Assembly (NCBI RefSeq): GCF_000155895.1
Contig: NZ_DS995298.1
Span: forward strand, 1,080,001 to 1,112,000
Origin: Candidatus Pelagibacter sp. HTCC7211
GTDB lineage: Bacteria; Pseudomonadota; Alphaproteobacteria; Pelagibacterales; Pelagibacteraceae
Reading direction: 5' to 3'
DNA: 32,000 nt
The notes under the pieces were generated by a model. It worked only from the letters and a program-made list of their open reading frames with translations. It was not told the origin of the DNA and did no database searches. Positions 27,982-32,000 of this stretch are shown piece by piece (position 1 is the stretch's first letter; each line of letters opens with the position of its first letter). The position numbers and the translations under genes were made by a program.

Positions 27982-29766
27982 TTAAGAATTTAAAGAAGGT
28001 TGCTTTTTCATATCTGCTTTGTTGATACCAGCAACTTTGACTGGTTTCTTCATTGCATCTCTTCTAAATGGTTCACCAAGTTCTTGGTTTAGAATTACTT
28101 CAATAAATGTTGTAATTCCTTTCTTTTGATCTTCACAAGATTGCTTGATTGCATTTGTTGTTTCTTCCATTGTTCTAACTGTTACACCTTTTAAACCGCA
28201 AGCATCTGCAACTTTAGCATAACTTAGTTCTGGATCTAATTCAGTTCCAACAAAATTATCATCAAACCATAGAGTGGTATTTCTTTTTTCAGCACCCCAT
28301 TGATAATTTCTAAAGATAACCATTGCTATAGCTGGCCATTCCTCTCTAGCGCAAGAACTCATTTCATTCATGCTGATACCAAATGCACCATCACCTGCAA
28401 AACCTATTACTGGAGTATCAGGACAACCAATTTTAGCTCCTAATATTGAAGGAAAACCATATCCACACGGACCAAATAAACCAGGTGCAAGATATTTTCT
28501 TCCTTTTTCAAATGTAGGATAAGCATTTCCAATCGCACAGTTATTTCCAATGTCGCTTGAAATAATTACATCATCTGGCATACCAGCTTGAATCGCTCTC
28601 CAAGCTTGTCTGGGAGACATTCTATCAGCGTCTCTTTCTCTCGCCTCTTTGTTCCAAACTGTACCTTCATCGTCATCTTCATGATCTAGACTTGATAATT
28701 TTTGTAACCAAGCCGATTTAGTTTGGTGAATTATGTCTTTTCTTTTTTGTCTATCTGTATCACCTGCTGTTGGTGAAAGTTGAGCAAGTAATTGTTGTGC
28801 AACTAATTTTGCATCACCACAAATTCCAACAGTAACTTTTTTTGTTAGACCAATTCTATCCGAATTCATATCGACCTGAATGATGCTTGCATCTTTAGGC
28901 CAATAATCCATTCCATAACCTGGTAAAGTTGAAAAAGGATTTAGTCTAGTACCTAATGCTAAAACAACATCAGCTTTTTGAATTAATTCCATTCCTGCTT
29001 TTGAACCATTGTATCCCAATGGACCAGCTGCTAGTGGATGACTTCCTGGAAAACTATCATTATGTTGATAACCAGAACAAACTGGTGCATCTAATTTTTC
29101 AGCAAGTTTTTTACAATCTTCAATAGCACCACCAATTACAACTCCTGCTCCAGATAAAATTACTGGAAATTTTGCATTCGATAATAAGTCGGCTGCTTTT
29201 TTTATTGCATCAACACCACCTGCTTGTCTTTCGAGTCTTACAATTGGGGGAAGATCAATGTCAATAACTTGTGTCCAATAATCTCTTGGAACATTAATTT
29301 GTGCCGGAGCAGATCCTCTAATAGCTTTTTCAATTACTCTATTTAAAACTTCTGCCATTCTTGAAGGGTCTCTTACTTCTTCTTGATAACAAACCATGTC
29401 TTTAAATAAATTCATTTGTTCAACTTCTTGAAAACCACCTTGACCCATAGTTTTATTTGCAGCTTGAGGTGTAACTAATAAAAGAGGAGTGTGATTCCAA
29501 TATGCAGTTTTTATTGGAGTTACTAAACCAGTAATTCCAGGACCGTTTTGTGCAATCACCATTGACATTTTACCAGTAGCTCTTGTGTATCCATCCGCAA
29601 TTAATCCACCATTAGTTTCATGTGCAACATCCCAAAAAGTAATTCCAGCATCTGGAAAAATATCTGAAATCGGCATGAAGGCAGAACCAATAATTCCAAA
29701 AGCATGTTCAATACCGTGCATTTGTAAAACTTTTACAAAAGCTTCTTCTGTTGTCATTTTTGTCAT
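27982..29766 (-). CDS. xsc: Sulfoacetaldehyde acetyltransferase (ThDP-dependent)
   Basis: 594 aa. MTTEEAFVKVLQMHGIEHAFGIIGSAFMPISD...GYTRATGKMSMVIAQNGPGITG...TAYWNHTPLLLVTPQAANKTMGQGGFQEVEQ closely matches characterised Xsc as I remember it. The ThDP motif is GDGAFG...N. The start is ATG 29766 or ATG 29757. Confidence 0.88.
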   Translation of the reverse strand: MTKMTTEEAFVKVLQMHGIEHAFGIIGSAFMPISDIFPDAGITFWDVAHETNGGLIADGYTRATGKMSMVIAQNGPGITGLVTPIKTAYWNHTPLLLVTPQAANKTMGQGGFQEVEQMNLFKDMVCYQEEVRDPSRMAEVLNRVIEKAIRGSAPAQINVPRDYWTQVIDIDLPPIVRLERQAGGVDAIKKAADLLSNAKFPVILSGAGVVIGGAIEDCKKLAEKLDAPVCSGYQHNDSFPGSHPLAAGPLGYNGSKAGMELIQKADVVLALGTRLNPFSTLPGYGMDYWPKDASIIQVDMNSDRIGLTKKVTVGICGDAKLVAQQLLAQLSPTAGDTDRQKRKDIIHQTKSAWLQKLSSLDHEDDDEGTVWNKEARERDADRMSPRQAWRAIQAGMPDDVIISSDIGNNCAIGNAYPTFEKGRKYLAPGLFGPCGYGFPSILGAKIGCPDTPVIGFAGDGAFGISMNEMSSCAREEWPAIAMVIFRNYQWGAEKRNTTLWFDDNFVGTELDPELSYAKVADACGLKGVTVRTMEETTNAIKQSCEDQKKGITTFIEVILNQELGEPFRRDAMKKPVKVAGINKADMKKQPSLNS

Positions 29767-29794
29767 AAAACTAGAACCTCTCTAAAGTGTAATT

Positions 29795-29848
29795 TAAAAT
29801 CTTATAAAATTCGTTTGTTAATTTTTTGGATTAATATATAAGATTTTA
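29795..29848. promoter_or_regulatory. Perfect 12-bp inverted repeat (TAAAATCTTATA ... TATAAGATTTTA, 30-nt spacer) in the xsc/suyA divergent control region
   Basis: The arms at 29795-29806 and 29837-29848 were read directly. A second, weaker inverted pair GTTTGTT (29813-29819) / AACAAAC (29858-29864) is interleaved with it. Confidence 0.4.
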
Positions 29849-29880
29849 GAAATTTCAAACAAACAATTGACACTATAAAT

Positions 29881-30165
29881 ATGGCAACAGATATAATAAT
29901 TCATGATAAAAAAGACAACGTAGGAGTAGTTGTTATTGAAAAAATTACCCCTAAACAGGACTGTGCATGCTGGATAATGGAAGATGATAGTTCAACAAAC
30001 ATTCAATCTTTAGATGAAATTCCTTTAGGACATAAAATTGCAATGACTGATCTAAATGAAGGTGACACAATTCTTAAATATGGTCATGATATAGGAAAAG
30101 TCGTTAAATCAATTAAAAAAGGTGAGCACGTTCACGTTCACAATGTTAAAACAAAGAAGTGGTAG
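29881..30165 (+). CDS. suyA: UxaA-family small subunit (SAF domain); candidate (2R)-sulfolactate sulfo-lyase subunit alpha
   Basis: 94-aa stand-alone SAF/altronate-dehydratase N-domain ([39 protein letters not shown]). The call rests on the split architecture and the xsc / exporter context. Confidence 0.65.
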   Translation: MATDIIIHDKKDNVGVVVIEKITPKQDCACWIMEDDSSTNIQSLDEIPLGHKIAMTDLNEGDTILKYGHDIGKVVKSIKKGEHVHVHNVKTKKW

Positions 30166-30169
30166 TAAT

Positions 30170-31336
30170 ATGGAAATTCCAAAGAGTTTTTTAGGTTATA
30201 AAAGAGAAAATGGTAGAGCTGGTACTAGAAATCACGTAATCATTCTACCTGTTGATGATATTTCAAATGCATGTGCTGAAGCAGTAGCAAACAACATTAA
30301 AGGTACTATTGCGCTTCCCCATTCATATGGAAGACTTCAGTTTGGTGCAGACTTAGAGCTTCATTTTAGAACAATGATTGGTACTGGCTGTAATCCAAAT
30401 GTAGCAGCTGTAATAGTTATAGGTATTGAGCCTAAATGGACTAAAAAAATTGTTGATGGTATAGCAAAAACTGGAAAACCAGTTGAAGGATTTCATATAG
30501 AGCGTACAGGTGACATAGGAACAACTATGAAAGCCTCAAAAAAAGCTCAAGAATTTGTCATGTGGGCATCAGAAAAACAAAGAGAAGAATGTCCAATGAG
30601 TGATCTTTGGATATCAGTAAAATGTGGTGAGTCTGATACGACTTCAGGTTTAGCTGCAAACCCTACAGTAGGTAATCTTATGGATAAATTAGAACCAATG
30701 GGTGTTCATTTATGTTTTGGTGAAACTTCTGAATTAACTGGTGCTGAACAAGTTTGCGCTACAAGAGGTGCTACTCAAGAAGCATCAGACAAGTTTATGA
30801 AAACTTGGAATGATTATAATGATTTTATTTTAAAAGAAGCAACTGATGATCTTTCAGAAAGTCAACCTACTGCAGGCAATATTGCAGGTGGATTAACTAC
30901 TATTGAAGAAAAAGCATTTGGAAATTTTCAAAAAATCGGAAACTGTAAATTTATAGATGTCTTAGAACCTGCTGAGGAGCCAACTAAAGGTAAAGGTTTG
31001 TATTTTATGGATACTTCATCTGCAGCAGCAGAGTGTGTAACTCTTCAAGCAGCAGCTGGTTTTAACATTCATTTGTTTCCAACAGGACAAGGTAATATTG
31101 TCGGCAATCCGATCGAACCTGTTGTAAAATTAACTGCAAATCCATTAACTGTAAAAGGTATGGGTGAGCATATTGACTGTGATGTTTCAAAAATATTAAC
31201 TCGTGAAATGAATATGTCTCAAGCAGGAGATGAATTAATTAAAACAACTTTAAGGGTAGCTAACGGAAGATTAACTTGTGCAGAAGCTTTAGGTCATAAA
31301 GAATTTGTGATGACTAAACTCTACAGAAGTGCATAA
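30170..31336 (+). CDS. suyB: UxaA-family large subunit; candidate (2R)-sulfolactate sulfo-lyase subunit beta
   Basis: 388 aa from ATG 30170 ([27 protein letters not shown]), 4 nt after the suyA stop. The ORF-track start (GTG 30122) would overlap suyA by 44 nt. It carries UxaA C-terminal-domain blocks ([28 protein letters not shown]). Confidence 0.7.
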   Translation: MEIPKSFLGYKRENGRAGTRNHVIILPVDDISNACAEAVANNIKGTIALPHSYGRLQFGADLELHFRTMIGTGCNPNVAAVIVIGIEPKWTKKIVDGIAKTGKPVEGFHIERTGDIGTTMKASKKAQEFVMWASEKQREECPMSDLWISVKCGESDTTSGLAANPTVGNLMDKLEPMGVHLCFGETSELTGAEQVCATRGATQEASDKFMKTWNDYNDFILKEATDDLSESQPTAGNIAGGLTTIEEKAFGNFQKIGNCKFIDVLEPAEEPTKGKGLYFMDTSSAAAECVTLQAAAGFNIHLFPTGQGNIVGNPIEPVVKLTANPLTVKGMGEHIDCDVSKILTREMNMSQAGDELIKTTLRVANGRLTCAEALGHKEFVMTKLYRSA

Positions 31337-31343
31337 AGTTTCT

Positions 31344-32000
31344 GTGCTAATTAACTTTAAGTATCTCAAGTCTATTTTACCAGGTGTTATTTTAGCTTTA
31401 GTATTTTGTTTATTTTCTCAAGGAATTAATAATGTATTAGCAATAGAAATTTTCGGAACTCCCAAAAGTCCAATTTCAACTGTACTAATAGCTATACTTC
31501 TTGGAATTTTAATGGGTAATGCATTTACACCAAGACCAGGAATGATGATTGGTTTGGATTTTACTCAACAATATATATTAAAATTAGGAATAATATTTTT
31601 AGGTATTAGATTAAGTTTTGCAGATTTTATTAAGTTTGGTTCAATTGCAATTCCATTAATTATAATTTGTATCGTGGGGGTTTTAATTTTAATTAAATTA
31701 CTAATTAAAAAAGTACCTATCTCCTCAAAAATGTCTTATCTAATAGCTATAGGCACAAGTGTATGTGGAGCAACAGCAATAGTCGCAACTGCTCCAGTTA
31801 TTAATGCAAAAAAATCTGAAGTAGCTTATGCAATTGCAAATATTACTTTATTTGGTGTAATCGCAATGCTGTTATATCCATATTTTGCTGAATGGTATTT
31901 TGATAATCAGTCGTTAAATGTTGGATTATTTCTGGGAACTTCTATTCATGAGACCTCTCAAGTAGCTGCAGCTGGATTGATTTATGATCAACAGTTTAAT
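31344..32000 (+). CDS. YeiH/UPF0324 'putative sulfate exporter' family membrane protein (TauZ-type), 5' part only
   Basis: Not in the ORF track because there is no stop in the window. The frame is open from GTG 31344 to base 32000 (219 codons). Hand translation gives VLINFKYLKSILPGVILALVFCLFSQ...AIGTSVCGATAIVATAPVINAKKSEVAYAIANITLFG...GTSIHETSQVAAAG, which are the diagnostic PF03601 blocks. It starts 7 nt after the suyB stop. Confidence 0.75.
   Translation, partial: MLINFKYLKSILPGVILALVFCLFSQGINNVLAIEIFGTPKSPISTVLIAILLGILMGNAFTPRPGMMIGLDFTQQYILKLGIIFLGIRLSFADFIKFGSIAIPLIIICIVGVLILIKLLIKKVPISSKMSYLIAIGTSVCGATAIVATAPVINAKKSEVAYAIANITLFGVIAMLLYPYFAEWYFDNQSLNVGLFLGTSIHETSQVAAAGLIYDQQFN

Noticed and set aside
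29867-29897. Perfect TTGACA ... N19 ... TATAAT straddling the suyA start codon
   Set aside because: Transcription would begin inside suyA downstream of its ATG, and the 19-nt spacer is over-long. It is most likely a chance match in AT-rich sequence.
30122-30169. GTG-initiated 16-codon extension of the UxaA large subunit overlapping suyA by 44 nt
   Set aside because: The ATG at 30170 lies 4 nt after the suyA stop and gives the family-typical N-terminus ([21 protein letters not shown]). The extension has no supporting feature.
29881-31336. Reading the 94-aa + 388-aa UxaA pieces as a frameshifted altronate dehydratase pseudogene
   Set aside because: The two ORFs have a clean stop, a 4-nt spacer and an own ATG, and they correspond exactly to the SAF and catalytic domains. 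A natural two-subunit form (SuyAB type) is known.

Overview
AT-rich (roughly 30% GC by eye), very gene-dense window with near-zero intergenic spacers and many overlapping stop/start codons. This fits a streamlined marine alphaproteobacterium of the SAR11/Pelagibacter type; that call is inference from composition and gene content, not a search. The left third is housekeeping: a DctPQM TRAP operon fused to a crotonase gene, then lon-clpX-clpP-tig preceded by tRNA-Leu(UAG), all on the minus strand. The middle (9.5-12.9 kb) holds small or hypothetical genes plus a histidine phosphatase, a family-5-like uracil-DNA glycosylase, a YbgC thioesterase and a DUF3047 protein. The right 19 kb is the interesting part. 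It contains a second TRAP system in one operon with an NCS1 permease and an SDR. Divergent from it is a tight seven-gene array: GMC flavoenzyme, TerC/YjbE, SDR, M23 peptidase, FAH-fold hydratase, atypical M24 hydrolase, YajQ. Next comes a collinear xsc / FAD-oxidoreductase / adhC / fghA string. Divergent from xsc is a split UxaA-type pair (SuyAB-like) followed by a YeiH/TauZ-type putative sulfate exporter. Together this reads as a regulator-free organosulfonate plus C1 disposal neighbourhood, with non-canonical upstream steps that I cannot assign. I found no CRISPR array, IS element, integrase, phage or recognisable defence genes, and no transcription-factor gene anywhere in the window. All family calls come from by-eye motif recognition in the supplied translations, not from database searches.
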